Source: a virus
Taxonomy: Duplodnaviria; Caudoviricetes
Direction: 5' to 3' (one strand)
Virus record (IMG/VR): IMGVR_UViG_3300026432_000013
Location: 1-64,000 of that record
DNA length: 64,000 nt
A model generated the notes under the pieces. That model saw nothing but the letters and a program-made list of their open reading frames with translations. It was not told the origin of the DNA and did not search any database. Of the stretch, positions 63,908 through 64,000 are shown piece after piece. The translations under genes were made by a program, and so were the position numbers. The first letter of the stretch is position 1. Every line of letters begins with the position of its first letter.

Positions 63908-64000
63908 AACCCCCTTAAATTATACCCTTCTTAAACAAAGAAAATAGAGAGAGGATATCCTCTCTCTAATCTATGTTAACCCTTACGGGGTAGGTATTTT

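Noticed and set aside
48-63947. Most + strand ORFs outside 12.9-15.3 kb and 53.9-59.9 kb (e.g. 6827..7159, 7169..7654, 24629..25219, 26288..26770, 35450..36142), and minus-strand ORFs inside the ParM island
   Set aside because: Antisense shadows of real genes: Ser/Leu-rich, no SD, fully overlapping recognisable CDSs
1-64000. Stop-codon reassignment (TAG is common)
   Set aside because: Large conserved genes are intact under the standard code and gene packing is tight without read-through

Overview
A 64-kb segment of a large lytic Bacillus-type (Firmicutes) tailed phage genome. No rRNA, tRNA, CRISPR array, integrase or host housekeeping block was seen. Most genes are on the minus strand. From left to right: small hypothetical genes including tandem paralog arrays (0-5.5 kb); a phased G-tract region; a packaging module (putative GNAT-bearing head protein, terminase large and small subunits, 5.8-11.8 kb); a repeat-rich early/host-takeover region that may be the long terminal repeat (about 11.9-22.9 kb); an Ig-like/LamG virion-accessory operon (23-25.6 kb); an SPO1-like DNA metabolism region (sirtuin, UvrD/PcrA helicase, dNK-family kinase, Toprim, sigma factor, ATP ligase, 5'-3' exonuclease, HD protein, SSB, family A polymerase with UDG-like N-terminus, TF1-like HU, dUMP hydroxymethylase-like enzyme, implying probable 5hmU DNA); an oppositely oriented island (pilin-like protein, ParM, ParR-like protein, three membrane peptides, VirD4/VirB4-like ATPase, Replic_Relax nuclease); and a second sigma factor, PC4-like SSB and Holliday junction resolvase. 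Two candidates stand out. (1) A repeated early cassette: polar ~100-bp DNA repeat, AACGTCC-class promoter, tandem helix-extended-helix-like paralog, covarying two-hairpin (possibly three-way-junction) RNA, then cargo genes. (2) The ParM/coupling ATPase/relaxase island. All product calls come from motif recognition by eye; no database searches were run.
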